The notes: generated by a model from the letters alone, not told the origin. 64,000 nt of DNA from Promethearchaeota archaeon (GCA_048938105.1 JBHLMN010000022.1:1-64000), one strand, 5' to 3'; shown: positions 10,592 through 21,545, counted from the first letter of the stretch. Numbers and translations are program-made.

Positions 10592-11887
10592 CTAACCTCC
10601 TTGCATATCTGCATAACTAACTAATCCAGTTGCACTTACTCGCGCCATTCTAATTTCAGAAGCAGGTAGGAATGCTAATCCAACAAACCAAGGTAAGTCT
10701 TTATTGATAGGATTTGTATAATAACTGGCATATATCCAACCATCCTTTATCACAACTCCAGTATAAGCTGTGTCTCCATTGCTGGGTAAATCAAATAGAT
10801 GAATTAACTTGTCATTTTTTACCTCGTAAAATGCTGTTCTTTTAGTTACCATATGGTTTCCCATATCAGTACGAGGTCCCTGATGATTTCGTCCAACAGC
10901 AAAAATTCTTCCATCTATTGAGAACAATGTAGATCCATCTAGACGCGTTTGTTTATCTTGTACAAAATTCCATGTCAGGAACGAATTGGTGGAAGTTCCT
11001 ATCATTGTACACCCATCAGGATTCCCTAGTGCGTACCCAGGTTCTCCCATGGAACCAACACGATGTGTAGAGATAAGTTCTCCATTGGGTAGAAATTCTA
11101 TGCATGCTTCTCCATTCCCCCATTCAGTATATACCTCTACTACTTCTGTCCATGCAAAGCCATCAGTTGATTTCAGTAAGACAGTTATTGTGTTTGATAC
11201 ATCTGCATCATGACTTGAAATTGTGTCCCCAGCTTTCCTCCCCGATGCTAATACATACCATGTATTATTGTCATTTGTTTTTGGTCTCCAAAGATTCCAT
11301 CCACCTTCTAAAGTATGTGTGATTGTCCCATTGCCAAAATCACGAGTAATATTAACTTCTAATTCTTGCGGAGTGGGGTAGTCAAGATACCCATTATCAC
11401 TATAGGTGAAATATGTAGTATTTGGCCCCGGATCAAATCTATAATTTGGGAGGAAGTACAGAAATAACCTCCCATTAATATCTGCAAATTTTGGGTCTCT
11501 AACATCAGTGTCCAGAAGATTTATCCTCGTCACTTCTTCCCAGATTAGCGCATCAGCAGATTTCCAAATCACTAAATCTCCATTGGTGTCTTCTAGATGC
11601 CATTTTGTCTGAGCATGAACTAACCAAAAACTTCCATTATGAAAAATCAAATCAGTATTGGAATTATGTTGTTTAGCTGGATCATTACCAGCAGGTACAA
11701 CAGTCCAATGTGATAATTGCAATATGCTATCATACGAATAGTTGGGAGGGGGTCGTATATCATTGTATATGATCCATGCTCCAAAAAGCGTAACAGGACT
11801 AATAAAAATGATATAAATAATAATCAGACAATATTTCACAATTTTTTTTCTATTTTTGCCCAAAGGAAGAAATTTTCGTAATTCCAT
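10592..11887 (-). CDS. membrane-anchored beta-propeller, sialidase-like/BNR glycoside hydrolase
   Basis: N-terminal TM, Asp-box-like S.D...W repeats, DVRDPKF, LPSNGDTAY. Confidence 0.7.
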   Translation of the reverse strand: MELRKFLPLGKNRKKIVKYCLIIIYIIFISPVTLFGAWIIYNDIRPPPNYSYDSILQLSHWTVVPAGNDPAKQHNSNTDLIFHNGSFWLVHAQTKWHLEDTNGDLVIWKSADALIWEEVTRINLLDTDVRDPKFADINGRLFLYFLPNYRFDPGPNTTYFTYSDNGYLDYPTPQELEVNITRDFGNGTITHTLEGGWNLWRPKTNDNNTWYVLASGRKAGDTISSHDADVSNTITVLLKSTDGFAWTEVVEVYTEWGNGEACIEFLPNGELISTHRVGSMGEPGYALGNPDGCTMIGTSTNSFLTWNFVQDKQTRLDGSTLFSIDGRIFAVGRNHQGPRTDMGNHMVTKRTAFYEVKNDKLIHLFDLPSNGDTAYTGVVIKDGWIYASYYTNPINKDLPWFVGLAFLPASEIRMARVSATGLVSYADMQGG

Positions 11888-12252
11888 AATATTAGAGTCG
11901 GGTATAAAATGAAGTAAAAATAATTTGTTAATTAATAATGAGACGTGAAAAAGAAGGACATAAGTTGATTTTTTCCAGAAACTCGTAAATGGATTTTGTG
12001 AGATTGGATAGAGTTAGTTGTATTCTAAATTCTCCTTTTTTTCACTTTGAATTTGGACAGACAATGAATTCGCTACTAAATCATACACAAACCCAAGAAA
12101 TCATAGTGTTCTGACTTCAAATACTCGCACGGTTACGTTTCGTTTATTTAACACAAGAGGTTGATTTTATGGCTAATCGAATTAAAATATGTTTAAATAG
12201 GTTCAGATTAGTTATTATGAAAACAACAATGAAGACATAGAGTGAAATAAAA

Positions 12253-14457
12253 ATGAAAAAATCATATATAAGATTAATTTTAGCAATTATTGTAAGTTTT
12301 GGGCTTCTATTATATGTTCCTACGGCTATAAAGGCAACATTACCGTTGGAACTTAATACAGGTTGGCAGTGGGAAGTCAATAACTATGAAACGCTCATTT
12401 ATCATATTGAAGATAATTTCTTTGGATCACGTTATGAGGCATATAACATTACAGGTGAACCTTGGGTTTCTTATGGTTTCTTAGATGTATTAAATATAAC
12501 TAAATTGAAGTTTAATCAATTAACTGGAAGTGTTGAGAACTCGGATGAAGTATTCCAATGTGCAGTAAGTCTTGCGTCAGGATTTTGGCAGCTCTCGTTT
12601 TGGGACGGAGGAGACCCAGCTGGAGGCCTTACTATGGCATTTCCATTAATTCCTGTGAATACTAGTGGTCTAATAAATCAAACGCAGTTAGATGCTTGGG
12701 GTAGCGCTATGACCAATAATCAAGGAGGGACAACTTATGCACGCGCATTGCAATTACAAGAATATGTTGTTGTAAGTGATAATGAACTCCATTTATACAA
12801 TTCAACCTCGCCGACTTTTCAATATGTAAATTTGACATATAATAATAATGGAATACTTGAAACTGCATATGTTAATGTTGAAATTGATACGGGGGAATCA
12901 ATAATATTACTTGACCAATCTATAACAAGAGAAACTGGTGACGTGAATAGTCTATTAAACCCAATAGATGAAACTACTGTTGCTGTAAATGCTGGAGATA
13001 GTCTAATTTATCAATTTTCTATGAATGGCATTCCCCAAGTGTATCGAAGTTATAATATTACTTATGTCGGAGAAATTATGGGGGAATATCAAGGTAGCAA
13101 GAAATTGTTTTGGGGAGCGAACGCGACCAGATATAATTTTGATCCATCTACAGGTACTTGGATTATTGATCCTGAATTGATTGATCAAACAGTGGGAGGT
13201 GGTGATGATAATTATCTTTTCCTCCAGATGGATGGTCCCACAAATATCATTCATCCAGTAGGTACAAATGGTTCAATTTTAGAAAGGAATTTAGCTCCTA
13301 TGTTTGGTTCAGTGCATGGTGGATTTTTGGATACCTCCGAAACTGGTGATTGGTGGGTAAAATTCTCTAATACAACTACTGGCCAATGGATACGAATAGA
13401 ACTTGAACCAAATACGGGTATTTTGCTGAACGTGTCATTTACTCAAGGAAATAATGTTTTAATGGAATATTTAATTCGTGACGTGAATGGTCTATTAAAC
13501 CCAATAGATGAAACTACTGTTGCTGTAAATGTTGGAGATAGTCTAATTTATCAATTTTCTGAGAACGGTGTTCACCAAGTGTATCGAAGTTATAATATCA
13601 CCTATGTCGGAGAAATTACGGGGGAATATCAAGGTAGTAAGAAATTGTTTTGGGGGGCGAACGCGACCAGATATAATTTTGATCCAACTGAAGGTACTTG
13701 GATAATTGATCCTGAATGGACTGAACAAACAGTGGGAGGTGGTGATGATAATTATCTTTTCCTACGGATGGATGGTCCCACAAATATCATTCATCCAGTA
13801 GGTACAAATGGTTCAATTTTAGAATGGAATCTAGCTCCTATATTTGGTTCAGTGCATGGTGGATTTTTGGATACCTCCGAAACTGGTGATTGGTGGGTAA
13901 AGTTCTCTAATACAACTACTGGCCAATGGATACGAATAGAACTTGAACCAAATACGGGTATTTTGCTGAATGTGTCATTTACTTATGGAAATGATATTTT
14001 AATGGAATATCTAATTGATGAGGATGATTTTCCTCCAATGTCAGAGGATCTGATCCCCAAAGCAACTTTTATAGCCAATTCAACGACAATTTTCGAAGGT
14101 GAATGGGTACAATTTAATTTTACTGGATCTCCTGGTGATTTGCCAATAGATGGTCAATGGAATTTCGGTGATGGGTCAGCAATTTCGACAATTGAAAATC
14201 CTACACATCAATATACTACAGCAGGAACTTATACTGTAACTTTAACAATAATTGATAATGATGGAGATATCGACGTCTACTCGATGAATATTACTGTGAA
14301 TCCTATTGTGGATACTACCTCTACTTCTACCTCTACTTCTACTTCTAGCACAAGTGAGGAAAGTGAAGAAGAAAGTGGTGGAGTAACACCTAGTTTTGGC
14401 ATCAGTATCAGTATCATCAGTATAATTGGTATAATCCTGTTAAAAAAGAAGCATTAA
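12253..14457 (+). CDS. secreted surface protein with two 180-aa repeats, PKD domain, S/T linker and PSF-type C-terminal anchor
   Basis: signal peptide; WNFGDG..ENPTHQYTTAGTYTVTLT PKD motif; TPSFG + TM + KKKH. Confidence 0.88.
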   Translation: MKKSYIRLILAIIVSFGLLLYVPTAIKATLPLELNTGWQWEVNNYETLIYHIEDNFFGSRYEAYNITGEPWVSYGFLDVLNITKLKFNQLTGSVENSDEVFQCAVSLASGFWQLSFWDGGDPAGGLTMAFPLIPVNTSGLINQTQLDAWGSAMTNNQGGTTYARALQLQEYVVVSDNELHLYNSTSPTFQYVNLTYNNNGILETAYVNVEIDTGESIILLDQSITRETGDVNSLLNPIDETTVAVNAGDSLIYQFSMNGIPQVYRSYNITYVGEIMGEYQGSKKLFWGANATRYNFDPSTGTWIIDPELIDQTVGGGDDNYLFLQMDGPTNIIHPVGTNGSILERNLAPMFGSVHGGFLDTSETGDWWVKFSNTTTGQWIRIELEPNTGILLNVSFTQGNNVLMEYLIRDVNGLLNPIDETTVAVNVGDSLIYQFSENGVHQVYRSYNITYVGEITGEYQGSKKLFWGANATRYNFDPTEGTWIIDPEWTEQTVGGGDDNYLFLRMDGPTNIIHPVGTNGSILEWNLAPIFGSVHGGFLDTSETGDWWVKFSNTTTGQWIRIELEPNTGILLNVSFTYGNDILMEYLIDEDDFPPMSEDLIPKATFIANSTTIFEGEWVQFNFTGSPGDLPIDGQWNFGDGSAISTIENPTHQYTTAGTYTVTLTIIDNDGDIDVYSMNITVNPIVDTTSTSTSTSTSSTSEESEEESGGVTPSFGISISIISIIGIILLKKKH
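12938..14017 (+). repeat. intragenic tandem duplication, 2 x 540 bp
   Basis: gacgtgaat.gtctattaaacccaatagatg recurs at a 540-bp offset. Confidence 0.92.
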
Positions 14458-14483
14458 GCTACAAAACATGAATTAAAAGACAT

Positions 14484-14505
14484 TATCCGTATCAATATAC
14501 GGATA
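14484..14505. terminator. perfect 9-bp inverted repeat (possible terminator or operator)
   Basis: tatccgtat-caat-atacggata, 27 bp after the stop of 12253-14457. Confidence 0.35.
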
Positions 14506-14935
14506 TTCGGGACTATATATAACTTCAAACGACATTAAAGAGATTTTTGGACTAAGATTTCACAAAGATTTACTTATAAAAGAATTTTAGCCTTGATAGG
14601 TGTAGTCATCTGTATATTGATAATCTAGCTATTGAGTTAGTGAATAAAATTATTTTACTTAGAAGCTCATTTGATCATGAAATTTAAAACTCAGAGTCTT
14701 AGTTAGCTCTCTTTTAACTCATCTGTAACCCTGAAGTTAATCATCATTAACTCTTCGACACCCATCAGGGTTTTCTAGGTAATCGTTACTTATATGGATT
14801 TGAAAGTTCACCAAATCCCGTTAAAAAACATCCTGATTTATATTTGTAAACAGAAATTGCACTTAGGATTAAATACTTAAGAATATCAGAAATAACTTGT
14901 TTAAAATAAGATAATAATCGAATTGATGATTCATA

Positions 14936-15721
14936 ATGCCAATTCAGGGATTGTCTCTATCCATTTTTAACAAGAAAAAAATAAGCAATCCAATCATTGG
15001 CGGTTTATTAGTAATTATAGTAGTTATTCTCTTTACCCAGGCCTTAAATATGAATATAAAACAAGATAAATTGATAACAGAACAACCAGGCCTTATCGGG
15101 TTTTTAGGTACTATTTCAGTGATAGTAATCCTACTTTTGGTTGCATTAAATTTCATAGCCAGTTATTATCGTTCAAAATATGAGAAAAAAAACACTGAAA
15201 CAATATATCAACCAGATAAAGTCAAATTGCTCCAGTCAATCAGAAATAAAGTGATAATCGGATTAAAAAATACTAGGAAAAATACCAATCCAGAATTACA
15301 AGAAGAAATGATAATCTTTCGAAATCTGTCTCCTGAAACAATAATAGATTACTTTTCCTCGGAAATTAGGAGGGAATTACAAACAGGAATCAAAGGAAAA
15401 ACGGCGTTTATACTAATTGAAATAGCTTATCAGGATCCTTCCAAGACTAATCCAACTCAATTATCCAAAAACCTAAATATTCCTTTATCATCAGTTTCTA
15501 GGGAAATTAAGAAGTTAATCTCCTTGGATTATGTAGAAACATATATTTCTAATATTGTTCTTGAAGATACACGTTTGAGAAACTTTAAAATCACAACAAA
15601 AGGTTTCACTTTCCTATCTAATTTGAATAATGCTCTTAATATAACAATAGATCGACTTGAGAAGAGGGAAGTCGAAAAAAGCAAAAGTTCTGAAAATCAT
15701 TTAAAACATTTAAAGTATTAA
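14936..15721 (+). CDS. membrane-tethered MarR-like winged-helix transcriptional regulator
   Basis: 2 N-terminal TM helices; C-terminal TQLSKNLNIPLSSVSREIKKL..D.R...ITTKG. Confidence 0.8.
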   Translation: MPIQGLSLSIFNKKKISNPIIGGLLVIIVVILFTQALNMNIKQDKLITEQPGLIGFLGTISVIVILLLVALNFIASYYRSKYEKKNTETIYQPDKVKLLQSIRNKVIIGLKNTRKNTNPELQEEMIIFRNLSPETIIDYFSSEIRRELQTGIKGKTAFILIEIAYQDPSKTNPTQLSKNLNIPLSSVSREIKKLISLDYVETYISNIVLEDTRLRNFKITTKGFTFLSNLNNALNITIDRLEKREVEKSKSSENHLKHLKY

Positions 15722-15910
15722 GACCCCTTATTAGAAATATTCACGTTCTTAAAGAATATAACCATTTTTGTGTGGATAGAGTACTTCGTTCTGATAATCC
15801 CGTTACCATTGCCTGAGAATGAGATATTTCCATTTTTGGAAGGATCTCAAATATTAAAACTAATAATTTAACAGACATTGTATCGAAATATCCAATTAAC
15901 GGTGATATTG

Positions 15911-16399
15911 ATGACTGAATCTCTAGACTTCGCCAATTCTAAATTAAATCCTAGAATAAGAATAATAATGATGACTATCGCTATTATAATAGTTTTCGTC
16001 TTTCCATATGGTATTCATATTGATTTAGGAGTAGGACCGAGCGGGGTGATGGCAATCTTATGGGAATATCGAGAATTTCAAGTAGCTGCTGGAGACCCTG
16101 ACACTCTTTTCCTTACAGCTCTTGAATACTTCATATACTATCTCTACCGATTCGTTGTACTGTATATGATATGGAAATATACACTCGGAAAAGAACAACC
16201 AAAGAAAGTCATCTTTCATGGCCTCATATGTGAATTAATCTCATTATTGATTGATATTCCCGCAGTTCTATTTCGGGAACCAGGAACAGGCCATAATTAT
16301 ATCCCAATTATGATTCCAATCCCCTTTTTACTCATTTACTGCATTATATTAGCTTATTATGATTATTACCACAAAAATATGGGAGGAGATACGATGTAA
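15911..16399 (+). CDS. membrane protein, unknown function
   Basis: about 4 TM helices; GGTGA SD before ATG 15911 (track start 15878). Confidence 0.75.
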   Translation: MTESLDFANSKLNPRIRIIMMTIAIIIVFVFPYGIHIDLGVGPSGVMAILWEYREFQVAAGDPDTLFLTALEYFIYYLYRFVVLYMIWKYTLGKEQPKKVIFHGLICELISLLIDIPAVLFREPGTGHNYIPIMIPIPFLLIYCIILAYYDYYHKNMGGDTM

Positions 16400-16497
16400 T
16401 GTAACTCCTCCTAAATCCATTTCACTCTGAAGAGCTCATTCCACTAAATGCTAGAGCTTCAATTACTGTATACTGAAATTCTACTGAATAATCATGT

Positions 16498-17025
16498 TTA
16501 GGTAAATTTCTTTTCAAATAGTAAAAAAATTGCACCCCAAAGCCCATAAATTGTAAATGATAAGAGAAAATAAATTGGATAACCGAAAATATTAATGGGG
16601 GGAGGATCGGTATAATAATACAGACCAAGACCAGCAGCAGATGTATCTAATATCATTTGAAAACAGAAACCAAAGAAACCAACTAATAAACCAACACTTA
16701 CTATATCTTTGTTAGATAGAGATATCTCATTTGTTTTCTGAAGAGTATACCGACCTAGTTCAAAAGTTATTAGGAAGGTTGGAAAAATACCTAACATGTC
16801 TGTAAAGGCGCCAATTCTTGGATAAAAAGGGAGATCTGAACCTAAAGGTACACTATAATAAGCTCCAGATAAAAGAATGGCTAAAAAGAAAGAAGTTATT
16901 AAAAAACTAGTAATGACAGTAATTTTTATTCTATAAACTTTGATAGAATAAAAATAAGCACAGATTAACATAACTATACCAAGGAAGGATCTAATCAAAA
17001 AAAATATAGAAGTGATCACGAGCAT
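16498..17025 (-). CDS. membrane protein, weak resemblance to the CruF/DUF422 family; possibly the 3' part of a frameshifted gene starting at 17177
   Basis: D..A..LGLYYY..PP..IFGYP motif; an overlapping 53-aa hydrophobic ORF with GGTGA SD lies upstream. Confidence 0.6.
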   Translation of the reverse strand: MLVITSIFFLIRSFLGIVMLICAYFYSIKVYRIKITVITSFLITSFFLAILLSGAYYSVPLGSDLPFYPRIGAFTDMLGIFPTFLITFELGRYTLQKTNEISLSNKDIVSVGLLVGFFGFCFQMILDTSAAGLGLYYYTDPPPINIFGYPIYFLLSFTIYGLWGAIFLLFEKKFT

Positions 17026-17419
17026 TTCTTCCTCTGATTCAAGGGAAAAATGAGAGGGATTACAGAGAGTGGCCCTGATACTAACAAAATATCATATCTA
17101 AATACAAGAATTAAGAACACAATACAGAAAAAGACTGTAATACCATAAGAACCAATAATTAAATCGATTTTCTGCATGAGTTGTCTCACCCTGATTCATA
17201 ATTATAGCTCAAGGACTTGAACTTTAACGAGTGAATTAGAATCTTTTGCAAAATTATTTTCAGTAAGAATCTTTAACCATCTTTAAAAGATCCATTTTAT
17301 TTAATATTCTGAATTTTTATGATCATAACGCTAAGAAGAAGACTTATTACTTGCTGTAATTCATCTACAATAAACAAATATACTTATATTCAAAATAAAC
17401 TTCTTTTATAGGTGTAAAT

Positions 17420-18184
17420 ATGGACTTAAGACAGAATGTTTTATTATATCAGGAATTAACAAATAATGCTTGGCCAGCTAAACAGTATTCATTTTTCAAT
17501 GGATGGGTTGTGCGTTTTTCACATGATATGTTTGATAGGGCTAATTCTGTCCTTCCACTGAATTATTTTGGTCGAAATTGTGAAAAGGATGTTCATAAAA
17601 TAGAAGAAATGTATCAGAATAGACACCTTAAGGTTACTTTTCAGATTCCTGAATATACATCACCAGAGAATCTGGATAATATCCTAGAAAATATGAATTA
17701 CAATGTTAAGTCCCCAACAGCAGTCATGATGAAAACATTAACCCAGAAAAACGCAGATTCCAGTTCTTTTCATTATATTTCACAGAGAGCTGATTTTGAT
17801 GATACTTGGTTTAAAACATTCCAAACATTCTCCAACTTGCCTGTAGAAAAATCGATCCAAATGAAAGCAATAATTCAGAGAATAATTCCAGAGACAATCT
17901 TTTTTACAGTAAAAGAAGATGATCAGGAGGTCGGGGTCACCTTAGGTGTCTTTGAAAGACAATACCTAGGTATTTATTCGCTGCTGGTTGATCCCATGAA
18001 GCGAAGACGATCATTTGGCTATTCACTTATACGATTCATCGAAAATTGGTGTATAAACAACTTTATTCAGATTATTTATCTACAAGTTGAACAGGATAAT
18101 CTTGCTGCAATGAATATGTACACAAAATTAGGATATATACAATTATACTCCTATCATTATCGTATTAAGAGCGAATCTGGTTAA
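17420..18184 (+). CDS. GNAT family N-acetyltransferase
   Basis: RANSV motif, VDPMKRRRSFG acetyl-CoA loop, YLQVEQDNLAAMNMYTKLGY. Confidence 0.92.
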   Translation: MDLRQNVLLYQELTNNAWPAKQYSFFNGWVVRFSHDMFDRANSVLPLNYFGRNCEKDVHKIEEMYQNRHLKVTFQIPEYTSPENLDNILENMNYNVKSPTAVMMKTLTQKNADSSSFHYISQRADFDDTWFKTFQTFSNLPVEKSIQMKAIIQRIIPETIFFTVKEDDQEVGVTLGVFERQYLGIYSLLVDPMKRRRSFGYSLIRFIENWCINNFIQIIYLQVEQDNLAAMNMYTKLGYIQLYSYHYRIKSESG

Positions 18185-18276
18185 CTCACGTTATTTATCA
18201 AAAATATACGGAGAAAGAAAGGGAATTCTTCAAGGAAAGTTATTTCGAGCATCATCAAGATTATTGATTATTACAA

Positions 18277-18954
18277 TCAATGGACATACGATTCATGGTA
18301 GTATGCGAGACAGATAGGATCTAAGTCACGATTATACAGAAATAACTGGTGAACTCTCTCAATGACCCCTGCCATTGGAGCCCACATTGCGTTATAGATA
18401 AATTTCCCCTTAAAAATCCAATAAAAGTGTGATGAGAAAGTCTGAAAAGATGTTTTGTTCACTTCACCTTTAGAAACTGGAGATCCAGTTTCTGCAGAAC
18501 CACATGAGCAAAGTGTCCCATTTTGCCACCAACCAAGGTAATCGAAAGGGTGAGGAAAAAGAAAAGAAAGAGCCGTTGTATTTATATAAGAGAGAGAACT
18601 ATTAGTTTGAACTAGTGAGACCCCCCATGTGAACTTGACATAGCATTTGAAATTAATACCATATGGCTTTACTGTGTATGCGTGAGCGAGTAAATTATTT
18701 AATGTTTTATTATTCATAAAAAAGCGAAGATTATCACTAGCTTTAGTTGAATCGTTACCTAGGAAGTCTACGATTGATGTATTTTCAATTTTTTCCAATA
18801 ATGTATTTGCTAGTGAGTTGGAAGCTTCCCTGTTAATTTTTAATGTTCGTTGAACGGAGAAGTAATCCATCATATCAACTAGAGTAGGTAATATTAGCAA
18901 TCCAAGGAAAAATAGCACAATAAATACAAATCCAAGCCATTTTCCCCTTTTCAT
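18277..18954 (-). CDS. membrane-anchored protein of unknown family (paralogue of the C-terminal domain of 32198-33412)
   Basis: shared REASNS, SIVDF.GNDS, YLGWWQNG, FYWIF.GKF and DLDP.C.AY motifs. Confidence 0.8.
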   Translation of the reverse strand: MKRGKWLGFVFIVLFFLGLLILPTLVDMMDYFSVQRTLKINREASNSLANTLLEKIENTSIVDFLGNDSTKASDNLRFFMNNKTLNNLLAHAYTVKPYGINFKCYVKFTWGVSLVQTNSSLSYINTTALSFLFPHPFDYLGWWQNGTLCSCGSAETGSPVSKGEVNKTSFQTFSSHFYWIFKGKFIYNAMWAPMAGVIERVHQLFLYNRDLDPICLAYYHESYVH

Positions 18955-19473
18955 ACACCCAACATCCTCTAAATCCGTTATTATTGGTACATTTCTTAAA
19001 CTTTTAAGTTATATATACTTTACTTAGTAACAAATAGGGAAAAAGAGAAATGTAATGAGAAACCATGGTAAGAACATGTTTATGCTTCGTTTTTATCTTC
19101 TTCATATTCATCCTATTTGAGAGACCATATATTTTCAAGAATTATCCTGAAAACACTTTTTTCTTTAAATAAATTATTTCTATGAATAATTCAATTTCTT
19201 ATTCTATAACTAGAGACTTAATACGCCTTTCTATGGATTATAAAGAATTTATTGTTAATTCATGATTTAAATTTTAATTAATTTTTTAAATATGATTCAC
19301 ATATCGAAAATATTATTAGATTAAAGATTTAGCAATTAACTAAATGGTTATAAGAGAGAAATATAGTCAAAATAAAGATCTATTCTTTAAATGAAATCGA
19401 AAACAACCATTTTATGCTTTATTTATAAGGACGTTAAAATAATTCAAGATAGAAAATACGGGATTGAAAAATT

Positions 19474-20421
19474 ATGAATTTGGAACAATATTGGGAGGTT
19501 TTACGAGAAGCTGATAGATTATATCAAGCTGGGAACTATAGAGAAGTCATTGATTATTTAGAAGATAAGCATACTGAATTTCCTTTTGGAAAAGCTGCTC
19601 TTACTTATTCACGGATTTGTGCCGCGGCAAAATTAGGGGAATATGATTTGTCAATTGAATTAATCAGAGACATATTAGACGAAGGTGGATGGTATTCGGA
19701 GATTATTTTAAAGCAAAGTCCCTCGTTGCAACCCCTTCAAGATATCCCTGAGTTTAAAACGTTATTAGGTATCAGTATAGATCGTTCTAAAGAGGTTTTG
19801 AAGAAAGAACATAATATCACGGTTATTCCAGCTAACACTAATCCACCTTATCCATTAATGTTAGCCCTGCACGCTGGTAGTGGCTTTATTGAAGAAGAAT
19901 TTGAATCTTGGAAGACAATTGTAGACCAAGGTTATTTATTAGGGATACCTCGTTCAAATAATTTATTCTGGTCAGGAAAAGATAGCGCATATTGGCTTGA
20001 TCACGAAACAGCCGCTAATCAAATCAAAACTTACGTAAGCAAATTGAATCTAAACAAATCAGTTGATCTAGAACGTACCATTGTTGGGGGTCTTTCATCA
20101 GGCGCTGAATTAGCAATTTGGTTAGCTTTATCTGGAGTAATTCCTGTGTCTTGTTTTATTGTCGTAGCTCCTGGTGGCCAATGGATAAACGAACCAGAAA
20201 AGTGGCAGTCCTTGATTGAGGGTAAGAAAAATCAAGGTCTAAGAGGGATGATCATCTTGGGTGAGGAAGATAAGGCAGTTCCGCATGAAAATATTAAAAA
20301 ACTTGTTAAAATGTTGAATGATGGAGGCATTCCTTGCCAATTTATTAAATATCCTAGTCTAGGTCATTGGTATCCACCAGATTTTGCAGATATACTAATT
20401 TCTTTTATCAAGGATAAATGA
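19474..20421 (+). CDS. alpha/beta hydrolase (esterase/phospholipase-like) with helical N-terminal domain
   Basis: LALHAG, GLSSG nucleophile elbow, GEED and LGHW triad residues. Confidence 0.85.
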   Translation: MNLEQYWEVLREADRLYQAGNYREVIDYLEDKHTEFPFGKAALTYSRICAAAKLGEYDLSIELIRDILDEGGWYSEIILKQSPSLQPLQDIPEFKTLLGISIDRSKEVLKKEHNITVIPANTNPPYPLMLALHAGSGFIEEEFESWKTIVDQGYLLGIPRSNNLFWSGKDSAYWLDHETAANQIKTYVSKLNLNKSVDLERTIVGGLSSGAELAIWLALSGVIPVSCFIVVAPGGQWINEPEKWQSLIEGKKNQGLRGMIILGEEDKAVPHENIKKLVKMLNDGGIPCQFIKYPSLGHWYPPDFADILISFIKDK

Positions 20422-20567
20422 ATATTCAATGAGAGTGAGTCACCTCACAAAAAAGCTTATAAGAAGGAATTCAGTGTTTAAATGAGAAGTATTTATCCTA
20501 GGCACTCTGTTGATGACATTCTTCGAAGACCATTAAATTTAGAGTGGATACCAACAATAATTTATCA

Positions 20568-21308
20568 TTACTTCATTCGCTTGACAAGAAAACGGAACTC
20601 TTTAGGATCGCGTTCCTCAGAGACTAAGAGTTTATGGCCAGTTGAACGTACCCATGCAGGTATATCAGCTTTACTACCAGGATCAGTAGTTAAAATTTCC
20701 AATACTTGGCCAATTTCTAATGCTTTCAGAGATCTAACAGATTTCAGAATAGGTTGCGGACAACCTAAACCCCGTGCATCTATAGAATGGTGAATTTTAC
20801 CAGTGTATTTTTCATCCAAAGATTGTTCTTCTTCAGCTATTTTCGCTTTATCCTTTTTAGAGGGGTAAAAAAATTCATCAGTTGTAGTTGTAGGATATTC
20901 TTTCTCAATCCACAGATCCATGCCCCCTTTAAGACTTTTAACGTCTTTAAAATCTGCATCCACCAAAATATCAACAGCAACCAGGGATAAACCTCCTCCT
21001 GGACAGATTGTTACTATTTCATCTTCTTTAAAGTGTTGAAGATCCTCTAAATTCGATTTTATATCCGTAACATAAATTTGCCTTGCAGTTGGAATGTGTC
21101 CATCTGTATATTCCTTAACTGTGCGAATATCAAGTATTAATGGTGTTTTATTGGAATTTAAGCGATCATGTAATTCATCCACAGTGATTTCAGACCATTC
21201 TGATTTTTCATAGAAAAACATCATCCTGAAAGTTTTTCTCCAATATCTAAGCGTGTTTTTAAAATAATAACCCATTACGGACAGATTTTTCCCATATTTT
21301 TTCTCCAC
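20568..21308 (-). CDS. rhodanese-TusA(SirA) fusion sulfurtransferase
   Basis: LDIRT..EY..GHIP, CPGGGLS active loop, LKGG..W; C-terminal DARGLGCPQP..DIPAW. Confidence 0.9.
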   Translation of the reverse strand: MEKKYGKNLSVMGYYFKNTLRYWRKTFRMMFFYEKSEWSEITVDELHDRLNSNKTPLILDIRTVKEYTDGHIPTARQIYVTDIKSNLEDLQHFKEDEIVTICPGGGLSLVAVDILVDADFKDVKSLKGGMDLWIEKEYPTTTTDEFFYPSKKDKAKIAEEEQSLDEKYTGKIHHSIDARGLGCPQPILKSVRSLKALEIGQVLEILTTDPGSKADIPAWVRSTGHKLLVSEERDPKEFRFLVKRMK

Positions 21309-21360
21309 TTCAAGTTCACCAATTCTAAATTCGTGTGGTATAAAATAAGAAAGAAACTAA

Positions 21361-21545
21361 CTAACGGTTGAGTGCATCGTTTTGTTTAGTCTCATTATTT
21401 TGTACAACAGTAATGATGACGACATTGGTTTTCTTTTTGCCAATGTCAACGAGGCGATAGGCCTCGACAATCAACTCTGATCGATAGAGTCTATCATTCA
21501 CTGCTTTTGGCTTTCCAGCTTCACAAATCTCTTTAAGGTCTTTGA
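21361..21545 (-). pseudogene. 3' remnant of a zinc-type alcohol dehydrogenase/quinone oxidoreductase-like gene
   Basis: LKEICEAGKPKAVNDRLY..IVEAYRLVDIGKKKTNVVIITV resembles the ADH_zinc_N_2 C-terminus; second copy at 45640-45776. Confidence 0.75.
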
